64,000 nucleotides of DNA from a virus. The DNA lies in IMG/VR virus record IMGVR_UViG_3300024264_001700, positions 21,586 to 85,585 of that record; one strand, written 5' to 3'. Below the pieces are notes generated by a model that was not told where the DNA came from, searched no databases, and saw nothing but the letters and a program-made list of their open reading frames with translations. The first letter of the stretch is position 1. Every line of letters starts with the position of its first letter. This document shows positions 1 through 9,665 of this stretch, piece after piece. A program made the translations under genes and the position numbers.

Positions 1-2
1 GC

Positions 3-917
3 TTGTCATTATGGGAACCTACAGACATTAAAGGTATTCCGTACTTTGACAGTAACTCAGGTACAATGGTTTGGGGTGCACCTAGCGAACTTCCAACAGA
101 AGAATTTGCGGCGCAGTTCGATCACATTACACTATTCTTAGACGAAATGAATTCGGCAGCGCCTAGTGTACAAGCGGCAGCATACCAGTTGATTCTTAAT
201 CGTCGTGTAGGACAATACAAATTACCAGATAATGTTACTATAATTGCCGCAGGTAACCGTGAAGCTGACAAAGGTGTTACATACCGTATGCCTGCTCCGT
301 TAGCTAATCGTTTCATACACATTGAAATGGGTGTTGCATTTGACGACTGGTTTAACTGGGCAGTTGATAATAAAATCAATACCGACGTTGTAGGTTACCT
401 ACAGTTTGCAAAACAAGATCTTTACGATTTTGATCCTAAAAGTTCATCACGTTCGTTTGCAACACCTCGTTCATGGTCGTTTGTTAGTGAACTACTAGAC
501 GATGAGTTAGATGCAGGTACAACAACAGACTTAGTTGCCGGTGCCGTAGGCGAAGGTCTTGCAGTAAAGTTTATGGCACATCGTAAAGTTGCGTCCAGCA
601 TGCCTAACCCAACTGACATCCTTGCTGGTAAAGTTAAAGAACTGAAGACAGACGAAATTAGTGCAAAATATTCTCTTACAGTAAGTCTATGTTATGAATT
701 AAAAGAATCAGCAGATACAAACGATAAAAAGTTTGATTCAAAAGTTAATAACTTCCTACGTTTTGCTATGGATAACTTTGAAACAGAATTAGTTGTTATG
801 GGTATTAAGTTGGCACTTACGCAGTATGCATTGCCGATTGATCCAGACGAAGTAGATTGCTTTGACGAATTCCACGAAAAATATGGTAAGTATATTAAGG
901 CAGCACAATCAGCTTGA
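3..917 (+). CDS. MoxR-like AAA+ ATPase (5'-truncated by window edge)
   Basis: Walker B LFLDEMN, AAGNR sensor, PLANRF arginine finger. Walker A lies upstream of the window. Followed by a vWA partner gene. Confidence 0.9.
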   Translation: MSLWEPTDIKGIPYFDSNSGTMVWGAPSELPTEEFAAQFDHITLFLDEMNSAAPSVQAAAYQLILNRRVGQYKLPDNVTIIAAGNREADKGVTYRMPAPLANRFIHIEMGVAFDDWFNWAVDNKINTDVVGYLQFAKQDLYDFDPKSSSRSFATPRSWSFVSELLDDELDAGTTTDLVAGAVGEGLAVKFMAHRKVASSMPNPTDILAGKVKELKTDEISAKYSLTVSLCYELKESADTNDKKFDSKVNNFLRFAMDNFETELVVMGIKLALTQYALPIDPDEVDCFDEFHEKYGKYIKAAQSA

Positions 918-941
918 CAAATGTTATAAATGTGTTATAAT
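914..941 (+). promoter_or_regulatory. sigma70-type promoter TTGACA-N16-TATAAT with extended -10 (TGn)
   Basis: TTGACA 914-919, TATAAT 936-941, TG at 933-934. Overlaps the ATPase stop codon and precedes ATG 969. Confidence 0.7.
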
Positions 942-968
942 AACATTATAAGTAATAAAGGGCAAACA

Positions 969-2294
969 ATGTTAGACTTTTTACCATCATACGTAGCAAT
1001 GCAAATGTCTGCAAAAGATACTCAAACTAAACTAAAACACTGGGCACCTGATCCTGATATCACCGACGATCAACTCGAAACGATGCAGAAAGATGTGCTC
1101 GATCGTATCATTACTGCTCGAGTAGGACTGTTATTAAGACATCCATTTTTTGGTAATATGGCAACACGTTTAAAGATTATTGCTGCCGATGACTGGTTGA
1201 TGACTGCGGCTGTAGACGGTCGTAACTTGTATTTCAACACTCAGTTCTTTAATGCAATGAATAATAAAGAAATTGAGTTTGTTATTGCACACGAAATTTT
1301 ACATATGGTATTTGATCACTTAGGCAGACGTGAAAGTCGTAATCCTATGCTGTACAATATTGCCGCAGATTACATTGTAAACAATCTACTTGTACGTGAT
1401 CGAATCGGTACTAAGCCTAGCTTTATCGATTGTTATCAAGACTTCAAATACGAAGGTTGGACATCAGAAGCTGTTTACGACGAACTATTTGATGAAGCTA
1501 AAAAGAATGGTGAAGAGTTTGTAAAACAACTAGGAGAAATGTTAGACGAACATTTAGACTTAGAAGGCGAAGACGGCGACGAAGGTAACGGACAGGGCAA
1601 AAACGGTAAAGGTCGTCCTAAGTACAGCAAAGCCGAAATGGATCAAATACGTGACGAAGTAAAAGAAGCAATGATTGCTAGTTCTCAAAGTGCCGGAGCA
1701 GGTAATACACCTGCAGGTGTACAGCGTATGATTAAAGAGCTTACTGAACCTAAAATGAACTGGCGTGAATTATTACGTCAACAAATACAATCAACTATTA
1801 AAAGTGATTATACATTTAGTCGTCCTTCACGTAAAGGCTACCAAAGCGGTGCCATTTTGCCAGGTATGAGTTTTCAAGATACTATTGATATTTGTGTAGC
1901 AATTGATATGAGCGGATCAATCGGTAGTAAACAAGGTGAAGACTTCTTAGGCGAAGTTAAAGGCATTATGGACGAATATCAAGATTACAAAATTAAAGTA
2001 TGGTGCTTTGACACTAAGGTATATAATGAGCAAGACTTTACAGCAGATGACGGTGAAGACTTGTTAGACTACGAAATTATGGGCGGTGGCGGCACCGACT
2101 TTGATGCCAACTGGAAGTATATGAAAGAACAAGATATTCAACCCAAAAAGTTCTTGATGTTTACAGACGGTTATGCGTGGGATAGCTGGGGCGACCCAGA
2201 CTGGTGCGAAACAGTATTTGTTATTCACAGCCACCACGATAAGAATCTCGAAGCACCGTTTGGTGTTACAGCTCACTATGAGGAAGCGGCTTGA
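969..2294 (+). CDS. Metallopeptidase-like (HEXXH) plus vWA domain protein (DUF2201-like), MoxR partner
   Basis: AHEILH motif, acidic/Gly linker, MIDAS motif DMSGS, GGGGTDF and FTDGY. Start moved from 930 to ATG 969, downstream of the promoter. Confidence 0.85.
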   Translation: MLDFLPSYVAMQMSAKDTQTKLKHWAPDPDITDDQLETMQKDVLDRIITARVGLLLRHPFFGNMATRLKIIAADDWLMTAAVDGRNLYFNTQFFNAMNNKEIEFVIAHEILHMVFDHLGRRESRNPMLYNIAADYIVNNLLVRDRIGTKPSFIDCYQDFKYEGWTSEAVYDELFDEAKKNGEEFVKQLGEMLDEHLDLEGEDGDEGNGQGKNGKGRPKYSKAEMDQIRDEVKEAMIASSQSAGAGNTPAGVQRMIKELTEPKMNWRELLRQQIQSTIKSDYTFSRPSRKGYQSGAILPGMSFQDTIDICVAIDMSGSIGSKQGEDFLGEVKGIMDEYQDYKIKVWCFDTKVYNEQDFTADDGEDLLDYEIMGGGGTDFDANWKYMKEQDIQPKKFLMFTDGYAWDSWGDPDWCETVFVIHSHHDKNLEAPFGVTAHYEEAA

Positions 2295-2569
2295 AAAAGT
2301 TTAAACCTAATATCTATAATGTATTTAATGTAAGGAGAACAGAATTTCCACCTGATACATTTGAATATGCAGAGCTTCCTCTTAATTACAATATGCAATC
2401 TGCTATATCTAAATGGATAGATAGTAATCTAAAAAGTAGATACTATGTAGGCAGACATGTAACGCTAAATGACGAAAACTCTATTTCCTATTCTCTAAAA
2501 ATAGGATTTGAAGAAGCGAAAGAGCTATCATATTTTATGTTAGCTTGTCCACATTTAAAATATAATTAA
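2291..2569 (+). CDS. hypothetical phage protein
   Basis: 92-aa ORF, TTG start overlapping the upstream stop, GAGG upstream. Confidence 0.7.
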   Translation: MKKFKPNIYNVFNVRRTEFPPDTFEYAELPLNYNMQSAISKWIDSNLKSRYYVGRHVTLNDENSISYSLKIGFEEAKELSYFMLACPHLKYN

Positions 2570-2603
2570 TAAAAAACTAATATATACTATACTAAAGGAG
2601 AAA

Positions 2604-2855
2604 ATGTCTATGACAAAAGAAGATCAAGTTCAAGAACCACAAGTTCAAGAACAAGCACCGGCAGCAGATCAAGGTCCAGAATTAACAATTAATGACCTTA
2701 ATGCACTAAAATCAATTATTGATGTTGCTAGTCAACGTGGTGCTTTTAAACCAAATGAAATGATGACTGTAGGACAAACCTACAGTAAGTTAGAAGCATT
2801 TTTAGGTGCTGTTGCACAATCGCAGCCTGCACAAGGAAGTGCTCAAGGAGCGTAA
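2604..2855 (+). CDS. hypothetical phage protein (IIDVASQRGAFK motif)
   Basis: 83-aa ORF with strong RBS AAAGGAG. Confidence 0.8.
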   Translation: MSMTKEDQVQEPQVQEQAPAADQGPELTINDLNALKSIIDVASQRGAFKPNEMMTVGQTYSKLEAFLGAVAQSQPAQGSAQGA

Positions 2856-2856
2856 T

Positions 2857-3459
2857 ATGATGTTAAAACATACTGGAAGACTAAAAGCCAATCAACGAAA
2901 AGTGGTAGTAGCGTACAAAGTTGTGCCCGGAGAACCGGAAAACTGTGTAGTAATAACTACAGAAAATCTTGGTGCTGATCAACACGATACGTTAATGCGT
3001 ACACTTGAATCTTCATCAGGACAAGAAGCATTTGAATTTGCTACTGTTATGCAACGTACATATTTGCCAGATGGTAGAAATATGCTTGCTGCCTTTCACA
3101 CACAAGGCAAGATGGTAAAAATGCCAACAAACCAAATAGAAATGACGCCTGATCGTAATAGTGTAATTTTGTTAAGTGAGCTAAATGACATTATAGCTCA
3201 ACAACGAGGAGTAACAGTTGGAGACCTCGCCATATCTGATGGTTCAGGAACAAAGAAAGCTGCAAGCAAAGAAGTAATTGCAGATCCTGTAACACCAGTA
3301 GCGAGTACAGATAACGCTGTACTTTCTGATGACGAAATAGCTGCTAAATATCGTAGCGATGCCGATAGGCTTTTTAAAGAAGCAAAACGGTTACGTGAGC
3401 AAGCGGATGAAATATCTCCTACCAAAAAGAAAACGAAAAAGACCGAAGAGAGTGCCTAA
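2857..3459 (+). CDS. hypothetical phage protein with C-terminal coiled coil and Lys-rich tail
   Basis: ORF track 2806-3459. AAGGAG at 2845-2850 supports ATG 2857. Confidence 0.8.
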   Translation: MMLKHTGRLKANQRKVVVAYKVVPGEPENCVVITTENLGADQHDTLMRTLESSSGQEAFEFATVMQRTYLPDGRNMLAAFHTQGKMVKMPTNQIEMTPDRNSVILLSELNDIIAQQRGVTVGDLAISDGSGTKKAASKEVIADPVTPVASTDNAVLSDDEIAAKYRSDADRLFKEAKRLREQADEISPTKKKTKKTEESA

Positions 3460-3775
3460 AAACAAAAAGAATAATCTCCCTAAGGATGTTATAGATAGCT
3501 GGCCTGAAGTATTTAATAATATAGAGATTAATACAGTCCCTATGAAATACCTCAGGTCAGTACTCATATATTTTAAAGACGGTAATGTATGGGATATTGA
3601 TATGACGAAGCCAAAAAATAAAAATTTAACGTCAGAAGAAATAGAAGATAGTATAGAACAAATATTATACGAATACGACGATCATATAGTTAATGTAGAT
3701 TTTGAACTAAATGTCGCTAAAGTAAAACATGATATTACTAAAAGAACAAAGTATTTCCTTAAGAAAAGAAAATAA
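3452..3775 (+). CDS. hypothetical phage protein
   Basis: ORF track 3359-3775. GTG 3452 overlapping the upstream gene end is the more plausible start. Confidence 0.7.
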   Translation: MPKNKKNNLPKDVIDSWPEVFNNIEINTVPMKYLRSVLIYFKDGNVWDIDMTKPKNKNLTSEEIEDSIEQILYEYDDHIVNVDFELNVAKVKHDITKRTKYFLKKRK

Positions 3776-3790
3776 TAAATGCGTAAAAGG

Positions 3791-3798
3791 CATAAATA
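3791..3798 (+). promoter_or_regulatory. putative T4-late-like promoter (cATAAATA)
   Basis: 7/8 match to TATAAATA in the short intergenic gap, 31 nt before a virion gene. Confidence 0.45.
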
Positions 3799-3829
3799 CA
3801 TGTAGCGCAGCATACCCAGGAGTTACGAG

Positions 3830-5116
3830 ATGGCTTTACGTCTAAGACGAGGAACAGATTCAGAAAGATTATTAATTACACCAGCAGAAGGTGAATTAAT
3901 ATATGCAACAGATACAAAACTACTTTTTGTAGGTGACGGTGTTACAGTAGGTGGTAACGCAGTAGATACTAACACACAAGTTAGTTTAGAAGCAGCATTA
4001 GGCGAATTAAGCATTGATAGCTTCGGAGATGTTAATTCAGATAGTACAATTCCAAATGATGGAGATGTATTAGCATATGATGCTAGTTCAGGAGACTGGA
4101 GAGCAAGTTCAACCGCGGGTGGCGCAGCAACACTAGGCGAATTAACTGATGCAGATACAACAGGTGTTTTAAACGATGATGTTCTTGTGTATAATAGCGC
4201 AACTTCAGCATTTGAAAGAGAAACCTTCCGATTAGAAACATTACGTGATGTTAATTTTACTAACTTAACTAACTCTGTATTAGTATATGATAATGTAGCA
4301 GGTACATTTAATCAAGTAGATTCATTAAACAATAATATTGTAGATGCAAACGGTATTACGATATTAGATGCAAACTTAGCCGAATTTAATGGCGCTTTGC
4401 GTGGTGATATTCTTTCTGAAGATAGTAGTGTTATACTTTCAGTAGGTATCGGTGATACAGATAGCACTTTATTTGCAAATGTAACAGGCAATGTAACTGG
4501 GGACACAAACGGTACACACACAGGTGTAGTAATTGGTAATGTTACTGGTAACGTTGTAGGTGATGTAACAGGAAATGTAACTGGAGACGTTAGTGGTAAT
4601 GTTGTAGGCGGAGCAAGTTCATCAGTTACGACTGAATCTGTTGTAACTGATTTTATTTCTGCTCCTGATAATTCATTACAATTTACTGGCACAGGTGATA
4701 TCAATAGACTAGTTTTTAACAGAACAGAGGCAGGCGCACTTGCAGATGACTCGCCGATAGGCCGTTTAACTTTTGCTAAAACAGACTCAACTGGACCAAC
4801 AACTACAACTATTAGTACATTAGATGTTACAAATGATCACCTGATATATTTCCCACAGCCGGGAGGTTCAGGTAATTCTAGTAATTATTTTAAATTACAT
4901 TCTAATGGTAAAATGCAAATTAGTGTTCCTGGAGCAATTGGTACAGTACCAACAGCAGGTTTAGAAGTTGGTGGATCAATTAAACCAGGGGTCTATGCAG
5001 ATGCTAGTGCAAGAGATACAGCTATTACTGCTCCGACAGCCGGAGAAATGGTTTTTGTAACTGATGTTGCAAAGTTCCAAGGGTATGACGGATCTAGTTG
5101 GGTTAATTTAAACTAA
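3830..5116 (+). CDS. tail fibre-like virion protein with Mtd_N/hyaluronidase-type N-terminus
   Basis: N-terminal LRLRRGT...PAEGELIYATDTKLLFVGDGVT, GDVLAYD repeats, G(N/D)V(T/V) repeats, C-terminal GEMVF...FQGYDGSSW. RBS AGGAG. Confidence 0.8.
   Translation: MALRLRRGTDSERLLITPAEGELIYATDTKLLFVGDGVTVGGNAVDTNTQVSLEAALGELSIDSFGDVNSDSTIPNDGDVLAYDASSGDWRASSTAGGAATLGELTDADTTGVLNDDVLVYNSATSAFERETFRLETLRDVNFTNLTNSVLVYDNVAGTFNQVDSLNNNIVDANGITILDANLAEFNGALRGDILSEDSSVILSVGIGDTDSTLFANVTGNVTGDTNGTHTGVVIGNVTGNVVGDVTGNVTGDVSGNVVGGASSSVTTESVVTDFISAPDNSLQFTGTGDINRLVFNRTEAGALADDSPIGRLTFAKTDSTGPTTTTISTLDVTNDHLIYFPQPGGSGNSSNYFKLHSNGKMQISVPGAIGTVPTAGLEVGGSIKPGVYADASARDTAITAPTAGEMVFVTDVAKFQGYDGSSWVNLN
4478..4609 (+). 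repeat. coding tandem tetrapeptide repeat G-(N/D)-V-(T/V)
   Basis: NVTGNVTGDTNGTHTGVVIGNVTGNVVGDVTGNVTGDVSGNVVG; degenerate 12-nt periodicity. Confidence 0.8.
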
Positions 5117-5823
5117 ACACCTAAAACACTTATTAATTTTATTACATTATCCCAAGTTTTTGGAATATTCATTATTAGATGAATACTTCCATTTGCCCAA
5201 GCATGTGTTCTATGCACTTTAGTTGTGTCAATATAAATTACATTTCCAGGAGTAATCGGCAATCTTCTTCCGTTTTGTTCCCATTCAAATGCTTCGTCAT
5301 CTGTATTATCAAAGAATGCACATATTCTAAAACAATCTCTAGTTAAATATTGATGATCTCTATGTGGTGGAAAATATGCTCCTGCGTCTGCTCTAACTAA
5401 AAATGTTCTTCCTAAAGGTGAGAAATAATCGCAAAGATCATGAATGCTAGTAAGGTCCTTGTATAACTGTGTAGGATAATTAAAATCAGCTTCCATTACT
5501 TTATGTCCTACACGCTTTCTAGCTTCAGGCAAACTTAAACTATCATTACAGTCATCACCTTCTAATCCCCAAAGCATCAATCCATATCTAGGATCAGATT
5601 CACCTTCTCTAGGAAGATAATCAACCCATTTGTCGTTATATGGTTCTATCTCACTATTAAATTTGTCTATATCTAAATTAAAGTTCAACTTAGCATAATC
5701 ACCTAACATTGCTAGTTGCTGTTCGCAATGCATTTGTTCGTCAGTAGGAACAAACATTTTAGAATCGTTTTCGTGCCCACCTATAAAATTGTGCCTAATA
5801 TATTTTTTAAATCTATCTTCCAT
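5113..5823 (-). CDS. 2OG-Fe(II) oxygenase, aspartyl/asparaginyl beta-hydroxylase-like
   Basis: FPPHRDH (HxD), distal His in IDTTKVHRT, HLIMN strand. Confidence 0.75.
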   Translation of the reverse strand: MEDRFKKYIRHNFIGGHENDSKMFVPTDEQMHCEQQLAMLGDYAKLNFNLDIDKFNSEIEPYNDKWVDYLPREGESDPRYGLMLWGLEGDDCNDSLSLPEARKRVGHKVMEADFNYPTQLYKDLTSIHDLCDYFSPLGRTFLVRADAGAYFPPHRDHQYLTRDCFRICAFFDNTDDEAFEWEQNGRRLPITPGNVIYIDTTKVHRTHAWANGSIHLIMNIPKTWDNVIKLISVLGV

Positions 5824-6714
5824 TTATTTCTCCAGTAAAGGCGGATTAAGAGTATATCTGCTAAAAGACGTAGAATATCCTTCCATAGTATTATTATAAG
5901 TTTCATCCTTTTTCATCAAATGAAATGTTATTGCTATTTTCCAATCGCATCCTTTTTTTCTAAAATCTGTCGGTGCGTGTAATACACTTGTATCTTGTAC
6001 AATACCACTACACAATTTCCAGGGCAACACTTCTTCTATACTTAATCCTTCGTATATGCTCATAGGTATGTGTTCAGGCATTTCACGTTCCATCCATGCC
6101 CAGTCTAGTTTATCGTATTCTATACCTTCGACTCCGTACTGCTCATATGGTAATAATCTAAAGGTATTACTGTAGCCGCTAAAATTAGAAATATGTCTAT
6201 TTTTCATAAAATGTGTAGCTCTTCCGCGATAACGTTGATTAAAAGTTACATAATCTATTGATACATTATTATGTATTTCTAATGGTAAAATAATGTCTTT
6301 GTAAGGACGATAGCCAGGAATATGTGTAACACTGTCTGTATGTAACCCATAAGGTCTAATACTTTTAAACATCTGATCACCGACACTCATAGGATCATTT
6401 GAAACTTCGCTGTAAAATACAGTGTCTTCTCCAAAGTGTTCATATACTTTAGACCGTAAAATATCATTTATTACGCTGTAGCGTATAGGGTGCGGAATGT
6501 TTACAATATGTCCATTTATTTCCCAGCCAACATTGTTGTACTCTTTATACCAAAAGTCAAGCAACTGTATACGTTCTTGTTCTGTAATAAAGTTATCTAT
6601 GCTGTAACTAGGCTCGTATTGATCTTTAAAGAACTTAGTGTTAGGATCATGTATAATGTCCATGTTCTTTAGTGTTTCGTCATCAAATGGTTTATTTGCT
6701 TTCATATTTTTCAT
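5824..6714 (-). CDS. putative 2OG-Fe(II)/cupin oxygenase (paralog of 12942-13640)
   Basis: GLHTDS (HxD) and LPWKLCSGIVQDTSVLHAPTDF, matching FPWKIGSIISFDSLDLHSASNF in the paralog. Confidence 0.6.
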   Translation of the reverse strand: MKNMKANKPFDDETLKNMDIIHDPNTKFFKDQYEPSYSIDNFITEQERIQLLDFWYKEYNNVGWEINGHIVNIPHPIRYSVINDILRSKVYEHFGEDTVFYSEVSNDPMSVGDQMFKSIRPYGLHTDSVTHIPGYRPYKDIILPLEIHNNVSIDYVTFNQRYRGRATHFMKNRHISNFSGYSNTFRLLPYEQYGVEGIEYDKLDWAWMEREMPEHIPMSIYEGLSIEEVLPWKLCSGIVQDTSVLHAPTDFRKKGCDWKIAITFHLMKKDETYNNTMEGYSTSFSRYTLNPPLLEK

Positions 6715-7174
6715 TTATAAACCTCCATTGTGTGTCTCCAAATTCATAAAAACTAATACTTATTGCAACTCGTGTATCTGTTATATTATGTACTGCATGA
6801 TTCTTAAATGTATTTAACAAGTACCACTCGTTCTCCTGTTGCGTATAGTTACTCTCAAGTACTTTATCACTGCTGTAAACGCTTGTATGAGCGTCTAAAC
6901 CACCTTTATTAAGTATGTAGTTAATAGCAAACTCACGCCTATCCATATGTATAAGTCCGTTTAATTGCGGATCAATAAACTGTGCAATTATATGAGTTTT
7001 TTTAGGAAAAAAGTCTTTTGGAAATATACTCCTTATTTGCTTATCAACTTCATTGGTTACATAATAAGCAATATATCCTCCGACCTTTGCTTTCAGTTGT
7101 ACATCATTTGTATGCCAGTTTTCTGGTAAGTCTAATTTAGGTAAATTTAATTTCTTATACGTAACTGTGTTCAT
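6692..7174 (-). CDS. putative 2OG-Fe(II)/cupin oxygenase
   Basis: LIHMDR (HxD), AINY, WYLLNTFKNHAVHN, RVAISISF. Confidence 0.65.
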   Translation of the reverse strand: MNTVTYKKLNLPKLDLPENWHTNDVQLKAKVGGYIAYYVTNEVDKQIRSIFPKDFFPKKTHIIAQFIDPQLNGLIHMDRREFAINYILNKGGLDAHTSVYSSDKVLESNYTQQENEWYLLNTFKNHAVHNITDTRVAISISFYEFGDTQWRFINEKYESK

Positions 7175-7961
7175 AATCAAATGCGATCCTATGTAATACC
7201 CTTGTCTTCATATCTGCAAATGTCCATCGTTTGTGTATGCTTAACCATTGTTCGCTAATAACAAGATCGCCATCTTCCCAATCGTGATGCATTATATATT
7301 TCTCTTGCAAAATATGATTTTTAATATAGTTGTATAGTTCAGGCCATTCCTCATTAGTAGCGCCTTCAACTATATCGAATATTTGTAAAAAAGGAAAGTA
7401 TAGTCCTGTAAGATTTTCAATATTTGTTCTGACAATTTTTTGTGGATTATTATAAACCACATTATTTTGGAATATTTCACTTGGACTAAAATTACCTACC
7501 TTATGTCCGCAAGCGACAGTTATACCATTTACTGTTTGTTTTACATCTTCTGGTAGGTCATTATAGGCAAGAACTTGGTTAATCCAGCTAGTTCTACTAC
7601 CTTTAGATCCTCTTTCGCTATATAACCAAACAAACGGCCATCTATTTTCTTCTGTAGGATGATGCGTATGCCAATCTAACTCTATTTCGTGCCCAAATAA
7701 TCCTGGCTCTCCTCTATCATTTAATTCTCCAGTTACTCTTAGCACACCTGGTACGAGACTTAGATTATCTTTTGCTGTAGTGCTTTCGCCTTTATTTGCT
7801 TTTACATTACCCATTACACTAGCAATTCTAAGTTCATCTTCTGGTGTAAGGTTTTGGTTTCTAAATATAACCACTAAATGTTTGTTAATATCTCTTGCAA
7901 CTTGCTTTAGTTCTTCGTCAGACATTGTTTTAATATCTACATCATATTCTTTATGCCACAT
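7155..7961 (-). CDS. TauD/TfdA-family dioxygenase-like protein (HxH instead of HxD)
   Basis: VVIFRNQNLT, LDWHTH, AYNDLP, HDWEDGDLVI..Q..SIHKR, RVLHRI. Confidence 0.85.
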   Translation of the reverse strand: MWHKEYDVDIKTMSDEELKQVARDINKHLVVIFRNQNLTPEDELRIASVMGNVKANKGESTTAKDNLSLVPGVLRVTGELNDRGEPGLFGHEIELDWHTHHPTEENRWPFVWLYSERGSKGSRTSWINQVLAYNDLPEDVKQTVNGITVACGHKVGNFSPSEIFQNNVVYNNPQKIVRTNIENLTGLYFPFLQIFDIVEGATNEEWPELYNYIKNHILQEKYIMHHDWEDGDLVISEQWLSIHKRWTFADMKTRVLHRIAFDYEHSYV

Positions 7962-8481
7962 TTATACATCCCACTAAATTTACTCTATGTTCTTTACTAG
8001 CATTTGCTGCACTGTGCATTTTTGTTGTTTCAGTAACATAACCATAGCCGTCATCTGGAATATTATATAAAACACTTTCTTCTATGTAGTAACAATATTC
8101 ATTTGTAATAATTCCTAATTGACATCTATCTGTCCAGTCTTTATGAGTATTATACACAAATAGAGGTGCTATTCGTAATATTCTTGTTCTTGTTAAATTA
8201 TTTTCAATTATAAATTTTGACATTTCCCATTCTGGCGGAATTAATAACTGCTTAAAAGATTCATTTTGTTTAGTCCATTCCTCTACATCGTTATCGTCCC
8301 AGTGTCGAATATAGAATTTGTCAATATCATAATGTAAATGGTAATCTTCAGTGCCGTCAGTCTGCAAAGTAATTGCATCAAAATGATCTGGTAAGCCTGG
8401 CGTCCAGCCTACTTTTTCTACAAGTTCGGCATATTCAGATTTAATTTTTTTTATATCGTATTGTTTATCTAACCTATACAT
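7951..8481 (-). CDS. 2OG-Fe(II) oxygenase, Asp/Asn hydroxylase-like
   Basis: RTRIL, YNTHKDW (HxD), ETTKMHSAANASKEHRVNLV. Confidence 0.7.
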   Translation of the reverse strand: MYRLDKQYDIKKIKSEYAELVEKVGWTPGLPDHFDAITLQTDGTEDYHLHYDIDKFYIRHWDDNDVEEWTKQNESFKQLLIPPEWEMSKFIIENNLTRTRILRIAPLFVYNTHKDWTDRCQLGIITNEYCYYIEESVLYNIPDDGYGYVTETTKMHSAANASKEHRVNLVGCINVA

Positions 8482-8983
8482 TTAATTCTCCGAATTTTAT
8501 ATCATGTATTCCCATATGAAATACTATACGTTCTTGTGAAGGTGCTTCTACTCCGTGTGGTAATTTTGTGTTAAGTACTGTAAGTGTATCATATACAATA
8601 CTTTCTTTTGTGCCTTCCTCTACATATAATGCACCTGTATTTTTTGTTACAGGAATAAGAAAACTACATTCACTTTTAACATCCACATGTATAGGAAGAT
8701 TGCCTCCTTCTAAAACTCTAAAGAAGTTACATCTAAAATCTCGAGGTCGAATACCAAACTCGTTCCAAAGGCTTTTGATTAATTTTAGTAAAGGTCTATC
8801 AAAATTATGTATTTCTTGTACAAAGAACTTATTCATTTCTTTACCACCTGTTGCATCACTTACATATTCTGAATATAGTTTATTACTATCAGTCCATTCA
8901 CTTGTCATATAGGTCTGCCAAAAAGTTGGATTAACTGTAAAATCAGTAGTAATAAAACTATTTTTTACTTTGTTCTTAAACAT
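8474..8983 (-). CDS. putative 2OG-Fe(II)/cupin oxygenase
   Basis: GGNLPIHVDV (HxD), LNTKLPHGV, ERIVF. Confidence 0.7.
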   Translation of the reverse strand: MFKNKVKNSFITTDFTVNPTFWQTYMTSEWTDSNKLYSEYVSDATGGKEMNKFFVQEIHNFDRPLLKLIKSLWNEFGIRPRDFRCNFFRVLEGGNLPIHVDVKSECSFLIPVTKNTGALYVEEGTKESIVYDTLTVLNTKLPHGVEAPSQERIVFHMGIHDIKFGELNV

Positions 8984-9665
8984 ATAAATCTTCTTGTGTA
9001 AGGCAGCTAATAATCAAATGCCAACGTTCAGTGTTGCCATTGTTCCAGGCACTGTGTTTAAACCCTTGATTTAGAAACCAACATTCGCCAATATCCATAA
9101 AACACTCTTCACTATTACCTTGCTTGTCTGTATTTTTAAATCCGCAATCGCTGTTAGTTTTTAGTGGAATATGATATCTCACAGCATAATCTGTATTGTA
9201 GTCTATGTGAGGCTTGATCGAGCCGCCGGGATGCATAATAGCAATTCTGCATCTAGATTTTTCAGCTATAAAAGTGTTAAGCACTGACTCAAGATATGTT
9301 CCGCTAAGTTGTGGCTTGAGTTTGTTATAGTGTCTTTCATCTGGCCTACTTCCGATTTTCTTAGTGTAATCTATATCAACAGAATCTTTATTAAATTCAG
9401 TAACTCCGACTTGTTTATAGTGGCCTTTTGTCATACCAGATATGTACTCTGTATATTGTCCGATACTAAATGCACGTTCGAGTGTAGGTGCTTTACTACC
9501 TACTACGTCACCGTATCCTCCTTTAATTGTCAAATCGTCAAAAAATACAGATTTACCATCTACAGTTGTATCTTCTAATAATTCAAAGTCTTGAAGTATT
9601 TTTTTTGTGTCAAAAGTATAGGTCAGTTTTTTAAATAGTGGAAGTTCTTCTCTACGCTGTCTCAT
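8976..9665 (-). CDS. aspartyl/asparaginyl beta-hydroxylase-family 2OG-Fe(II) oxygenase
   Basis: RCRIAIMHPGGSIKPHIDY..RYHIPLKTN, GECWFLNQGFKHSAWNNGNTERWHLI. Start moved to ATG 9665, overlapping the upstream stop. Confidence 0.85.
   Translation of the reverse strand: MRQRREELPLFKKLTYTFDTKKILQDFELLEDTTVDGKSVFFDDLTIKGGYGDVVGSKAPTLERAFSIGQYTEYISGMTKGHYKQVGVTEFNKDSVDIDYTKKIGSRPDERHYNKLKPQLSGTYLESVLNTFIAEKSRCRIAIMHPGGSIKPHIDYNTDYAVRYHIPLKTNSDCGFKNTDKQGNSEECFMDIGECWFLNQGFKHSAWNNGNTERWHLIISCLTQEDLYV

Noticed and set aside
2625-2652. 13-nt direct repeat caagttcaagaac
   Set aside because: Encodes a QVQE duplication in a low-complexity N-terminus; no sign of a regulatory or mobile role.
4478-4609. CRISPR-like or non-coding tandem repeat
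   Set aside because: Degenerate 12-nt coding periodicity within a fibre protein; no repeat-spacer structure.
3830-5116. Diversity-generating retroelement target (Mtd-like N-terminus)
   Set aside because: No reverse transcriptase and no adenine-variable TR/VR repeat pair is visible in the window; Mtd_N is a general fibre anchor domain.
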